IMG/VR virus record: IMGVR_UViG_3300032268_001605
Coordinates: 1-64,000 of that record
Source of the DNA: a virus
Reading direction: 5' to 3' (one strand)
Length of the DNA: 64,000 bases
Below the pieces are notes generated by a model. The model was given only the letters and a program-made list of their open reading frames with translations. It made no database searches and was not told where the DNA came from. Shown here in pieces: positions 41,529-51,675 of this stretch; within the stretch, counting starts at the first letter, position 1; every line of letters starts with the position of its first letter. The translations under genes were made by a program, and so were the position numbers.

Positions 41529-42167
41529 ATGAAACTACAGAAATTCAGCAACTTTGCTAAAAATAGAAAACTCAATGAAAACCAAACAGATTTGATGCCT
41601 GAACCAGAAGAGATGTCTGATGAATTAATGATGTCAGGAACTACGAAACCAACAATAGCACCACCAATAGTTCCAACAAAACCTAAAGAACCACAGACAG
41701 CCCCTCCAGTTATCAAACAACCAGTCGAAACACCACAAAGAAAAATGACTGAAGAAGAAGAATCAGATAATCAAATCGATACTGATTTGAATGAATTAGC
41801 AACAGAACTCGGTGCTGAAAAAGTTGGTAATGTTATCAACTATAATGGTATGGAAATTGAATTTTATTCAGAACCAATGTCTTTTGCAATCAATGGACAA
41901 GTTAAATTAAATGTAGGTGGAAAGAAAATGGAACTTAAAACTATTCAAGATGTAATTGAATATGTTACAACAATGGAACCAGGAAGTCCAGCACAAGCAC
42001 AAAGAAGTGGTAATCAAAGAGCACAAGCTCAAGGTGGACAAACACAGACTCAGACACAAGTGCCCGGTAGAGCACCACAAACTGGTGGACCTGGACAACA
42101 AAGACCCGTCACTAAAATGGGTGGACAGGCACCTACAGTTGAGTCAAAAAAATACCGTAGATATTAA
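41529..42167 (+). CDS. Low-complexity Pro/Gln-rich protein, possible internal head protein
   Basis: MKLQKFSNF leader, P/T-rich and Q/G-rich segments, TAATATATA upstream. Confidence 0.6.
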   Translation: MKLQKFSNFAKNRKLNENQTDLMPEPEEMSDELMMSGTTKPTIAPPIVPTKPKEPQTAPPVIKQPVETPQRKMTEEEESDNQIDTDLNELATELGAEKVGNVINYNGMEIEFYSEPMSFAINGQVKLNVGGKKMELKTIQDVIEYVTTMEPGSPAQAQRSGNQRAQAQGGQTQTQTQVPGRAPQTGGPGQQRPVTKMGGQAPTVESKKYRRY

Positions 42168-42190
42168 AACTTAAAATAAATAAAATCTAT

Positions 42191-42229
42191 AAGAGGCACT
42201 TTGAATATCTAAGGGCCTCTTTTTTTTTT
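42191..42229 (+). terminator. Intrinsic terminator
   Basis: aagaggc...gcctctt then T-run. Confidence 0.7.
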
Positions 42230-42247
42230 AAATATTTTCAGAAAAGC

Positions 42248-42278
42248 TTTGATATTTCAAATTTAATTACTAATTTTG
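42248..42278 (+). promoter_or_regulatory. Bacteroidota sigmaA-type promoter
   Basis: TTTG-N19-TAATTTTG upstream of the vWA gene. Confidence 0.7.
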
Positions 42279-42298
42279 TTTAAAATAAAACTAAAGAT

Positions 42299-43678
42299 AT
42301 GATTAAGAACATTCACGAAAAACTAATGGAATCTGTTCAACAAATGTTGATTGACACTAAGGTTTCACTACCTTACTACGGAAGCTTCAATCTGTTCGTC
42401 AATTTTGCTGAAAGAAAAGACATCGATACCTGTGCTGTAAATATGACTGCTAAAGGCATGAATTTCTATTTCAATTCAGAATTCCTCGATAGACTTACTC
42501 AAAAAGAAGTCAACTTCATTACACTTCACGAAGATTTTCACCTTCTTTGGAACCACCCTAAAAGAACAATTACCGGTCAATACGACCACCGACTTTCTAA
42601 CATTGCCCAAGATATGATTATCAACCATATCATTTGGGAAGATATACCTAACTCCTATGTCGAAATACCAAAAGATAAAGATGGTAAGAACATGGCTCTT
42701 TTTATTCCGAAAGAATACACAGGTAAACTAATCTTTGAAGAAGTTTATGAATGGCTAAGAGACGAAAAAGAAAAAAGAGATAAACAGAAACAGTCTCAAC
42801 AATCACAAGATGGTGATGAACAAGGTGATTCTAAAAGTAAAGGCAAAGGCAGTAAAAGTGATAAAAACGGCAATGGTGACCAGAGTAGTGGTGATGGAAA
42901 TGAGAAAGGTGATGATAAGTACGGTCCATATGGTAAGAATCCTAAGAACGAAAAAGAAACTATTGACACCTGGTCATTAGATCAGATTCTTGACAACTTA
43001 GATTCAAATGGAGGTCAATACTTAGATACTCACTTAGGTGATGAAATCCCAGAAGAAATGAGAGAATCTATGGTGAAAGATGCTATGGATAGACTACAAG
43101 CACGTGGACTTTCTGCAGGTAACATCGAGACTACCCTAAACAAACTGAGAAAACAAAGAAAAGATTACTTGAAAGAAATCAAGAGAACTGTTTCTAATTT
43201 GATTTTTGGTACAAAGAAAGAAAAGACTATTAAGAAACCAAATAGAAAAGGTATTCAAGGAGTAAAGGGCAATCGTAAAGTTAAGACTAAGATTAATGTG
43301 GGGCTTGACACCAGTGGCAGCATGGGTGGCCATGGAACGTTCGAAAGAGTTCTTTCTTATGTCTATCAAAACGATATCGAGATTAACTTTATGGAATCTG
43401 ACACACAAGTGAACTGGGTTGAAAAATTAAAGTCTAAAAAACAATTAGAGTCAATACCTATAAAAGGTTTGGGTGGAACTTGCTTGAGCCCGATGATAGA
43501 TTATATCGTTGAACATCACAATGACTGTTCAACAGTTTTACTAACGGACGGATACACTGATTCTTTAGATTTCTCTAAAGTAAAAGGAAATGTTTTGATA
43601 ATTTCTGTTGGTGTCCCTTGTCCAATTCTAAAATCTAATGGTAAGGTTAAACAGATTTGTATTGAAAACACTCATTAA
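42299..43678 (+). CDS. DUF2201-type metallopeptidase-like plus vWA domain protein
   Basis: LHEDFH, NIAQD..IN, disordered linker, DTSGSM, GGT, LTDG. Confidence 0.88.
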   Translation: MIKNIHEKLMESVQQMLIDTKVSLPYYGSFNLFVNFAERKDIDTCAVNMTAKGMNFYFNSEFLDRLTQKEVNFITLHEDFHLLWNHPKRTITGQYDHRLSNIAQDMIINHIIWEDIPNSYVEIPKDKDGKNMALFIPKEYTGKLIFEEVYEWLRDEKEKRDKQKQSQQSQDGDEQGDSKSKGKGSKSDKNGNGDQSSGDGNEKGDDKYGPYGKNPKNEKETIDTWSLDQILDNLDSNGGQYLDTHLGDEIPEEMRESMVKDAMDRLQARGLSAGNIETTLNKLRKQRKDYLKEIKRTVSNLIFGTKKEKTIKKPNRKGIQGVKGNRKVKTKINVGLDTSGSMGGHGTFERVLSYVYQNDIEINFMESDTQVNWVEKLKSKKQLESIPIKGLGGTCLSPMIDYIVEHHNDCSTVLLTDGYTDSLDFSKVKGNVLIISVGVPCPILKSNGKVKQICIENTH

Positions 43679-43708
43679 AAAAAGTCTCACTTAAGTGAGA
43701 CTTTTTTT
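43677..43708. terminator. Bidirectional terminator
   Basis: aaaaaaagtctcac-ttaa-gtgagacttttttt. Confidence 0.8.
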
Positions 43709-45475
43709 AATTTCATATTTGATTTTCCCACAATCCCATACTTTATTTAGATCCAGTTTTGATTCAGACACACCAGTTATAGACTTCTTGAACCCAGACT
43801 TATGTTTTCTAACTCCGTTTAGTACATATTTGTAGTCTGGTTTTGTTTCATATAATTTTATGAATCCGATTTTTTCATATAAATTACCCTGACTCCAATC
43901 TTTATCTGCGTATGAAATTATTCTATTTGGATTATATTCTTTAATAAAATGATTCAATAATTTTGATGCACCACCAACTACATAATGATTTGATATATTG
44001 CAGAATCTAGATAAATTCCATTCATTATTAGCCATTTTTTTTCTACCTTCAAATTTATCGAAAGTCATTACCCCAACTAGTTCATCTTGATAATAGAGCC
44101 CGAAAGATTTATTTATATTTGGATAATCTCCTTGGATATGATTTATTTTAAGAAATTGCCTACAAATGTTATAATCAATTATTTCCTTCACATCACATTT
44201 TCTTGCATGTATTTTAGTAGATAATCCTAAAACGTTCATTATTTGAGATTCTATTATGGATCTTTTGAAATCCCAATCATCTTCCCAAATATTTATAATT
44301 CTAATACCCTTATCTCTAAAACGATTTAATTTATCAATATGGTAATCTTTGCTTCTAAATTTATCGGAATGAAAGTATAATCCATTAAATTCAAAACCAA
44401 TTTTCAAATTCGGAAGATAGATATCAATTTCTAAACCATCACGATACGATTGTATTATTTCACCTCTGAAATTATTTTTTATAAAATTATAAATATCCTT
44501 CTCCTTTATTGATTTATGTTCACCAATTGGATTGCATATTGTACAAATTGACACACCACTTTTTGTCCTTCTAAAAAAGTTATCAGTGTTTATTTCGAAA
44601 TTATTATTACATAAATCACATTTGAATAAACTTATAGAATTACCAACATAGTTTATATAATTTGGATGATTGGCGATATTGAAGTTGTTTCGTCTAAATT
44701 CTTCATTTTGAGATGAATTCTTCACACCGTATTTTAGAATATAATTAAACTCTCTTCTATTCTTTATTTCTTCAGACTGAATTGGATGATAGAATCCATA
44801 CCTTTCCAAATTTGTATTTTTAGTTTTTTCCCTCAATTCAATAGATTTCTGAGGATTAGTGACTCCCCATTTCACCAACAACGTATTGATTGACTTTGAA
44901 AACACATCATTATTTTGTAACGGTGACATATATCCATATCTTTCAAGGTTTGTGTTCTTAATTTTATTTTTAACCTCTTCAGATTTTGATGGTGATGTGA
45001 ATCCATATTTCTCTAAATTAGTTTTTTCTGATTTTTTTTGTTTATCTTCTGATTGTAAGTACCACTCAACACCATATTTTTCCAAATTAGTTTTCTTAAC
45101 CTTTTCTGTATATTCTTCTGATTTTGTATAAATTTCAAATCCATATCTCTCTAAACAAGTTTTTTTTCTTTTATCCACGGAATCTGTAGATGACATATAT
45201 GTCTCCGATCCGTATTTTTCCAAATTTGTTTTTTTTATTTTTTCTTTTACAATTGGAACTTGCGATATATTTGTCACACCATATTTTTCTGTTAGAATTT
45301 CTTTTGACCTTATTGCAGCACATTTTTTAGAGCAACAAAAATTTAAAGCAAAATCTTTAGTACTTCTAGTGTATTTTATCATTTGTACAGAGACAATTGA
45401 ATCACAATAGATACATTTGGCTTCTATCAATTTTCTCGATCCCCTCGAAATATTTGTAACATCACTGATTATCAT
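43691..45475 (-). CDS. Free-standing homing-endonuclease-like protein with TNLE(K/R)YG repeats
   Basis: About 9 K.TNLEKYG-type repeats, CxxC pairs, EIDIY, FEFNGLYFH, WEDDW, NHIQG, LSRFC, ISYAD. Confidence 0.82.
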   Translation of the reverse strand: MIISDVTNISRGSRKLIEAKCIYCDSIVSVQMIKYTRSTKDFALNFCCSKKCAAIRSKEILTEKYGVTNISQVPIVKEKIKKTNLEKYGSETYMSSTDSVDKRKKTCLERYGFEIYTKSEEYTEKVKKTNLEKYGVEWYLQSEDKQKKSEKTNLEKYGFTSPSKSEEVKNKIKNTNLERYGYMSPLQNNDVFSKSINTLLVKWGVTNPQKSIELREKTKNTNLERYGFYHPIQSEEIKNRREFNYILKYGVKNSSQNEEFRRNNFNIANHPNYINYVGNSISLFKCDLCNNNFEINTDNFFRRTKSGVSICTICNPIGEHKSIKEKDIYNFIKNNFRGEIIQSYRDGLEIDIYLPNLKIGFEFNGLYFHSDKFRSKDYHIDKLNRFRDKGIRIINIWEDDWDFKRSIIESQIMNVLGLSTKIHARKCDVKEIIDYNICRQFLKINHIQGDYPNINKSFGLYYQDELVGVMTFDKFEGRKKMANNEWNLSRFCNISNHYVVGGASKLLNHFIKEYNPNRIISYADKDWSQGNLYEKIGFIKLYETKPDYKYVLNGVRKHKSGFKKSITGVSESKLDLNKVWDCGKIKYEIKKSLT

Positions 45476-45602
45476 CTTTCTTAATTTTATTTTTCGTTCT
45501 TTGTTTGTATTTTAGTTCGTTTCTTTTACATTGAACTTTACAAAATTTTTTATTGGGTCTTCCAGCTATTTCGTTCTTACAGTTTCTATATTGACATTTC
45601 AT
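45462..45602 (-). CDS. Small Zn-ribbon protein coupled to the endonuclease gene
   Basis: MKCQYRNC...KKFCKVQC; ATG at 45602 just after TTTTTTAATATATA. Confidence 0.6.
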   Translation of the reverse strand: MKCQYRNCKNEIAGRPNKKFCKVQCKRNELKYKQRTKNKIKKDDNQ

Positions 45603-45687
45603 ATTATATATATTAAAAAACTTGTCCTTCCTTTTTATAAAACTAACCAAAAAAATTACCCAATCATATAATCACAAATAAAAAAAT

Positions 45688-46218
45688 ATGAATAATTATA
45701 AAAGTATTTTAAGAGATTTGAAATTAATAATTTTAGATGGAGAAGAGATTTTCAAAATTGATAAGAGGAGAATTCAAGAAAACAAGAAACAATTAAAATT
45801 TATTACAAAGTATTTAAAAGAAGATGATGTAATAAGCGGTTCCCTTTGTCTTAGTTTATATGGTTTAATAAATAGATCAGTTAAAGGTAGTGACATTGAC
45901 TTTTTAATAAAAGATAGTGATAGATATGATGATTACGAAAGTTTTCTTAATTACGGTGATAATGAACTTGAAAATAGATTAGGATTAAAAGAATTCAAAT
46001 ATAAAACTTTTTTTGGTTTGAAATCAACTAAAATTGAGGTAGATTTTTTTACCAACGAAGGTGCTTCCTACGAGGAAATAGAATTTAGAGGTAAAAAGAT
46101 AAAACTATAAAGTCCACTTGAAATAATTTCAAAAAAGATAGATATGTGGGTAAATATCAAACACTATTCTGATTTAGATAATATTTTTTCCAAATTAGAA
46201 CTTAATTCATTCTCTTAA
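45688..46218 (+). pseudogene. Pol-beta-type nucleotidyltransferase with an in-frame TAA at 46108-46110
   Basis: SGSL.L..YG...R...SDIDF, VDFF; frame continues past the stop as SPLEIISKK...KHYSDL to TAA 46218. Confidence 0.65.
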
Positions 46219-47464
46219 AATCCTTAAACCTCATTAGACTTTCGAATTTACCTAATTTAAGTTTGTCTTGTTCGACACTTTGTTTGTCTGTTAAGCCGAT
46301 AAAATTATCTAAAACTTTATAACTATATTCAATGTCTTCCGGGTGAAAAAGTACACCATATCTTTTTAGTTTATCATTTGCAATACCAGCAATTTTCCCA
46401 TCAACTGTACATAGTACACTAAAACCATCTGGGCAGTTTTCTGGGTAGTCGTTAAATGAAAAACTAAAACTCTTTTCATCTTCGAACAAATCATTGAAAA
46501 GTGGATGTTCCCTTCTATCTATATTTTTGTTTTGGTGAGTGAAGTCTACCCTACCAATTTTCGAACCGTAATATTTAGCTAAACTTTGAAATCCAAAACA
46601 AATACCTAAATAAGGCACTTTAGTCCTATCTAAAACTCCGTAAGTCATCTTAGTAGCTCTATCATCACTTACCATATTTTCTGAACCAGTTGATATTACA
46701 CAAGAAAATTTATATTTAGAAAGTGCTTTTCCCAATTCATCAATATTTGATACTACTACATTATTAATACCTCTTAGTTGGAGATACTTCAAAAGATTAG
46801 CAAGGTATCTATGTTTGGGTGGCTTCGAGTTATTGATTACAAGAACTTTTTTTCCGTGAGAAAGAGCAGTTTCATCGGGTCTTTCGCTATTTGTTGGAAG
46901 TTCTAATTCACTATCTAACTTATTATAAGTCTTTTTAGTGTCAGGTACAAATTTCAAAGTTGTTGGATCGAAAGTATCTGGGTATTTATCTAAGAAGACT
47001 AAATCTTCCTTAGTAATATCATAATCTGTTGAGAAATTGTTGAACAATTTGACTAAATCTAAAATGGTTTCATCTTCGAATCCGAATTGAGTGTCACTAT
47101 CTAAAAGTGAATCAATGCCATTATAATGTGTGATTGTTATTTTATTTGAAGCTTCTATAGAAAATGCATACTTTGTTGAATCACCGTATGTTATATCTAC
47201 AATAGTTTTTAATCCGGATTCGTTATTCACAAAATAGAAATCGAAAATTAAAAAATCTGGTTCACCGTCTCTAAGGGGATTAGATTCTTTATATGTGTTG
47301 TGATAGTAGTCTGCCTTTATTACATTTCCTTCCCTTGTAAAATCAGCAAGAGTTAGGGTAAAATTACCGGTTGTGCTGTAAATCTTTACAAGTTTTGGGA
47401 AAATTTCTTTTATTGATTCATCCATGAATCTATGTGCATTTTCGAACTTTTTTAACCACTTCAT
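46202..47464 (-). CDS. Unknown N-domain plus class I glutamine amidotransferase domain
   Basis: LGICFGFQ and LFHPE catalytic triad motifs; MKWLKKFEN leader. Confidence 0.8.
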   Translation of the reverse strand: MKWLKKFENAHRFMDESIKEIFPKLVKIYSTTGNFTLTLADFTREGNVIKADYYHNTYKESNPLRDGEPDFLIFDFYFVNNESGLKTIVDITYGDSTKYAFSIEASNKITITHYNGIDSLLDSDTQFGFEDETILDLVKLFNNFSTDYDITKEDLVFLDKYPDTFDPTTLKFVPDTKKTYNKLDSELELPTNSERPDETALSHGKKVLVINNSKPPKHRYLANLLKYLQLRGINNVVVSNIDELGKALSKYKFSCVISTGSENMVSDDRATKMTYGVLDRTKVPYLGICFGFQSLAKYYGSKIGRVDFTHQNKNIDRREHPLFNDLFEDEKSFSFSFNDYPENCPDGFSVLCTVDGKIAGIANDKLKRYGVLFHPEDIEYSYKVLDNFIGLTDKQSVEQDKLKLGKFESLMRFKDFKRMN

Positions 47465-47467
47465 TAT

Positions 47468-47713
47468 TTAGTAAGTTATTTTTTTCACATTTTTTAAATC
47501 AACCTCATACAGACTACCATCTATTTCAACTGTGATTTCTCCATTATCATCAACACTAACTGGCCTAATCGGTGTATCTGGGTTATCTGGTAAATCTTTT
47601 ACTATATCTGTCTCTAAAAATCCATCACTATTGATGCATTTTATAATATCTTCAATAGTGATATTATTTTGTTTGAAGTCTTCGAAAATTTTTAGATACT
47701 TTAATTTAGGCAC
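47468..47713 (-). CDS. Hypothetical protein with LKYLKIFEDF leader
   Basis: 81-aa ORF, GTG start. Confidence 0.6.
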   Translation of the reverse strand: MPKLKYLKIFEDFKQNNITIEDIIKCINSDGFLETDIVKDLPDNPDTPIRPVSVDDNGEITVEIDGSLYEVDLKNVKKITY

Positions 47714-47771
47714 AATTTTGTAATATTTTTTTATATATAGAATATATATAAAATTCTACAATACAATAATT

Positions 47772-48512
47772 ATGTCAACTTATATACAATATCTTAAAGA
47801 CACACTCGGTAGTAATTTTCTCGGTTTAAAAATATTTCAACATGGGGTAGAACCTTACTTAGAGAGATTGGAGAAAGTTTTAGGTGATAATTTTGAAACT
47901 TATATCAACAATCAAAAATTAAGAGATGTGGATGGATATCACCTTAGTGTCATAAACGTTTTAGAATATGATACATTATCCAGAGATTTGGGTATGGACA
48001 ATTTCATAAATTCTTTGGATGTAGTTTTCAAATATGAAATTGACGATTTGAAGATGTTAGGTTTAGGTAAGGCATCAGATGGTGTCAACACGGCTTATTT
48101 CATAGTTTGTGATTCGGATAAATTGAATCAAATTAGGGAGAAATATGATTTACCTAAAATAGATTTACATATAATTTTGGGTTTTAAGTGGAAAGATGTT
48201 TATGGTGTGAGAAAAAATCAAATTATTAAAGAAAAATCAGACTTTATTCAACTTTTGTCCGATAATTTTTATAATCATCACGAAACTTTTGAATTTTTAA
48301 AAAACATTTCTAATTTCAGTGCGGACTCCGAGTTAGAAATAGATCCGATAAAAATTGGAGAAACTTCGGCAACATTTAGAATCGGTAAAAATTTATACTT
48401 CACTGTTTCATTAGTCGAGAATGAATTCAGGATAGTTGCGGAATGGTTTGGTAAAGCAGATATACCGATTCTATCAAATACAATTGTAAAAAGAAAATTT
48501 AAAGAACTATAA
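47772..48512 (+). CDS. 2H phosphoesterase-like protein
   Basis: RD..YHLSV and LHIILG (second HxT/S degenerate). Confidence 0.65.
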   Translation: MSTYIQYLKDTLGSNFLGLKIFQHGVEPYLERLEKVLGDNFETYINNQKLRDVDGYHLSVINVLEYDTLSRDLGMDNFINSLDVVFKYEIDDLKMLGLGKASDGVNTAYFIVCDSDKLNQIREKYDLPKIDLHIILGFKWKDVYGVRKNQIIKEKSDFIQLLSDNFYNHHETFEFLKNISNFSADSELEIDPIKIGETSATFRIGKNLYFTVSLVENEFRIVAEWFGKADIPILSNTIVKRKFKEL

Positions 48513-48527
48513 AAAAAATTTTAAACT

Positions 48528-48806
48528 ATGTTAGCAAAATACTACAGCCTGGATGAATGTTTTGAACAAGACACAATTTATGACAAATTAGATGAACTTT
48601 CAGATAATTCTAAAATTGATTATGAAATAGTAGAAGATGATGTAATCAGAATTAAAGATTTATCTCTCACCGTCAAAGAAAAAAAGGAACTCGTGAAACT
48701 TTTTGAAGAAAATGATGTTATTGAATATAACGAATGGGAAGAAGAGGAAGAAGAAGAGGATGAAGATTTCGATGATGAGGATGAATATGAAGATGACGAT
48801 TTTTAA
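48528..48806 (+). CDS. Highly acidic small protein
   Basis: C-terminal poly-D/E tract. Confidence 0.65.
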   Translation: MLAKYYSLDECFEQDTIYDKLDELSDNSKIDYEIVEDDVIRIKDLSLTVKEKKELVKLFEENDVIEYNEWEEEEEEEDEDFDDEDEYEDDDF

Positions 48807-48921
48807 TTAAAAAAAAATCACAAAGTGTTCCATTTTTAAAAATTTGTCCTTATCTTTGTAACAGTGAAGAGGGAAAGAGAAAAAAAAGAAGAAAAAAAGT
48901 TTTAAAATAAACAGTCTAAAA

Positions 48922-48953
48922 TTTGAAATTCTAAAATTCTCGCCTTATCTTTG
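48922..48953 (+). promoter_or_regulatory. Bacteroidota sigmaA-type promoter (second TATCTTTG copy at 48851-48858)
   Basis: TTTG-N20-TATCTTTG. Confidence 0.75.
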
Positions 48954-48993
48954 TAACATCAAATTAAATAACACACTTAAAAAATATAACACT

Positions 48994-49611
48994 ATGTCAC
49001 TTTTTAGTAAGGCAAAAGCAACTGCAAAAACAACTACTCCTAAAGCTAAAGATTCTAAAGCTTCTTGTATTGTCAACGACCCTGACTTTTTCAACAAAGT
49101 CAAAATGCTTGAAATTCTTCAAGAGAATATGAAGCGTGATAAGGCTAAAGCCGATATGTTAGCTGATGAAATCAAAGAAGTATCTAAAGATGAGTGGACA
49201 TCTCTATACACTAAAACTGGTGTAAATCCTGGTTCTATCTTGATTGAATCTGAAATGGGTGACGAGACTGCTTCTGTAATGTTTGTACCTTCTGACAAAT
49301 ACATCACAATCGGTGGTGACAGAGCAGAAGAATTGGTTGAAAAATATGGTGAAGGTATTGTTGAAGAAAAAACTACTTTCTCTTTCGACAACTTTATGAT
49401 TGAGAAATATGGTGATGTTCTTTCTCGCCTAATCGAAGAGTGTTCTGAAATCGATGTAAGAGACAAAGATAAAATCATCAAAGCCGCAACTACTTTCTCT
49501 GTAGCTAAAGGTACTATCGACAAAATGAGACAGTATGGAGATGTTAAAGAGGTTATGGAAGAAGTTAAACCAGTAGTAGCTCTTAAAAACGTTGAAATTA
49601 TCAAGGGTTAG
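48994..49611 (+). CDS. Hypothetical early protein
   Basis: 205 aa, downstream of tandem host-type promoters. Confidence 0.75.
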   Translation: MSLFSKAKATAKTTTPKAKDSKASCIVNDPDFFNKVKMLEILQENMKRDKAKADMLADEIKEVSKDEWTSLYTKTGVNPGSILIESEMGDETASVMFVPSDKYITIGGDRAEELVEKYGEGIVEEKTTFSFDNFMIEKYGDVLSRLIEECSEIDVRDKDKIIKAATTFSVAKGTIDKMRQYGDVKEVMEEVKPVVALKNVEIIKG

Positions 49612-49620
49612 TCACTAATT

Positions 49621-49878
49621 ATGGGAAGCAAAGGAAAAGTTTGAAAAATTCTCTCGAGAAAAAGTGAAAGATACAGATACCGAAAAACAAAAGATGGTGA
49701 AATAATTAAACAAGGTATGGGATTGGAAGGTGTGATAAAAGCGATAAAAAGACATAAATTTACCAAAGAACTGATTGCGGAATTTGATACAACTTCAACG
49801 TATTGCCACTGTGAATTGAAATGGATGACAATAGATGAAACATTAAAAGATGTGGTGATTCCGCTAAATGTTGCCTAA
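49621..49878 (+). CDS. 85-codon ORF with in-frame TGA at codon 8 (pseudogene or recoded)
   Basis: MGSKGKV*KILSRKSERYRY...YCHCELKW...PLNVA. Confidence 0.45.
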
Positions 49879-49983
49879 CTAATATATATATATATACGTA
49901 AGTCTTTCTAACTTCTTGGTTCTTAACAAGATTGAACACTCAACTTTAAATAATCGTAAATAAAAACTTAAAACTGAATCATA

Positions 49984-51576
49984 CTAACGATTCAGTTTTT
50001 TTATGTATTTTTTGCTAACACAATCATATATCCTTAAATATTCATCTAAATTTATATTATCCATTTTACCCTTTCTGAATGTAAATCTGTGTTGTTTTTT
50101 CAATTGTTTATCATAATACCAAAAATTCGGTTCTGTATTGTGAATAAATTCAAACCCATTTTTTTCATAAACATTATTATCTATACTCCAATCTCTATTT
50201 GCATAAGTCACGATTTCCTCGGGATTTATCTCTCTTTCAAAATGTTTCAGTATTTTTGAAAATGCACCAATAACATTGTATTCCAGTTTAGACGCAAATC
50301 TGTATAATTCATAAGTTCCTGACTTTGATTTGTTCCCGGTAGATATTCTAAGTTTACCAAATGTCATAACACTAACTAACTCATTCTCAAAATATAATCC
50401 ATATCTTATTGAAGAATTGATATTACCTTGTAAATGATTATTTTCCAAAAATTCAGAAGAATCTTTATGATTAATTTCCATTATTTGGCACTTTCTAGCC
50501 ATTATCTTAATTTTACCTAAACCTAATAAATTATATAATCTAGATAACACAATTTCCTTTTTGTATACCCAATCATCTTCCCAAATGTGTATAAGGTTAA
50601 CACCCTTATTTTCACAAGTTTCTTTTTTATTTATGTGATATCTTTTATCTTTGAATAAGTCAGAGTGCCAATATATACCATTAAATTCTATAGCTATTTT
50701 TTTCTCTGGGATAAATATATCTAATTCTTTACCACCAAGAATCTTACGATCTCCGAATTCAACACTAAAATATTTTGATAACTCATCAAATATATCTCTC
50801 TGGGTGGTAAATTTATATGAACTAATCGGATTGCAGTTAAGACAAGGTTCTACCTTATATCTGAAGTATCTTAATCTCAACAGAGAATTTCTGATTAAAT
50901 ATTCCCTACCACATTTAGTACATAGAATTTCTAACTCGCCCTCTTTTGGTATATTTTTAATATTTAAATCCTGATACAAAGAATAGATATTCTTTTTATA
51001 TAGATTAAATCTGGTTTGTAAACTTTTCTTCAATAATAAACAATTTTGTCCAGAATATTCAACATTATATTTATTTAACATTGTATTTATCTGTTTCTCC
51101 TTTACATCAGAATTGAGTGTAGGTGAAACAAATCCATACTTTTGTATATTTGTATTCTTTTGTTTTTCCTTTACTGACTCTAACTTTGACGTGTGCTCAA
51201 CTCCCCACTTTTCTAAAGTATTTGACTTTCTTTTTTCTAAAGCTTGAGGCAATGAATACTTAACAGCACAATTTTTCGAACAAAAGTCGTTATATCCTTC
51301 TTTAAATCCAATAAATCTTTTATCTTTGTCAAAACAGACACAACATTTCGGAGTTAATTCATGATTATTCAAATAGTTATAAATTACTTGAGAAAACTTT
51401 AAACCATTCTGATTATTTAAATTTTGAAAATTTTTTAAATCTAAATAAAAATTTTTTAAATTTTTTTGAACCCATTGCTCCCTTAATTTGTTTTTGTTTA
51501 AACAACCGTTGTCGAAGAAAATATTTGTATCCATAGTGCTTATATAGTATATATTCAACATAGGTTCTTTCCTCAT
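49984..51576 (-). CDS. Free-standing homing-endonuclease-like protein
   Basis: P.C..C, T..K(W/Y)G repeats, ELDIFIP, IEFNGIYWH, WEDDW, NHLQG, YELYRF, TYAN. Confidence 0.82.
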   Translation of the reverse strand: MRKEPMLNIYYISTMDTNIFFDNGCLNKNKLREQWVQKNLKNFYLDLKNFQNLNNQNGLKFSQVIYNYLNNHELTPKCCVCFDKDKRFIGFKEGYNDFCSKNCAVKYSLPQALEKRKSNTLEKWGVEHTSKLESVKEKQKNTNIQKYGFVSPTLNSDVKEKQINTMLNKYNVEYSGQNCLLLKKSLQTRFNLYKKNIYSLYQDLNIKNIPKEGELEILCTKCGREYLIRNSLLRLRYFRYKVEPCLNCNPISSYKFTTQRDIFDELSKYFSVEFGDRKILGGKELDIFIPEKKIAIEFNGIYWHSDLFKDKRYHINKKETCENKGVNLIHIWEDDWVYKKEIVLSRLYNLLGLGKIKIMARKCQIMEINHKDSSEFLENNHLQGNINSSIRYGLYFENELVSVMTFGKLRISTGNKSKSGTYELYRFASKLEYNVIGAFSKILKHFEREINPEEIVTYANRDWSIDNNVYEKNGFEFIHNTEPNFWYYDKQLKKQHRFTFRKGKMDNINLDEYLRIYDCVSKKYIKKLNR

Positions 51577-51675
51577 CTAAAATCATATCAAAAAAATAAA
51601 AAAAAGATAAAAAAAAATTGATATTTCAAATAAACTCCTTATCTTTACATTATCAAAAATACAAAATTAAAAATT

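Noticed and set aside
44700-45300. DNA repeat array
   Set aside because: The periodicity comes from TNLEKYG protein repeats in the endonuclease ORF
49880-50002. Small RNA after a (TA)n late-type element
   Set aside because: Only a weak hairpin plus a terminator shared with the convergent gene; not enough support
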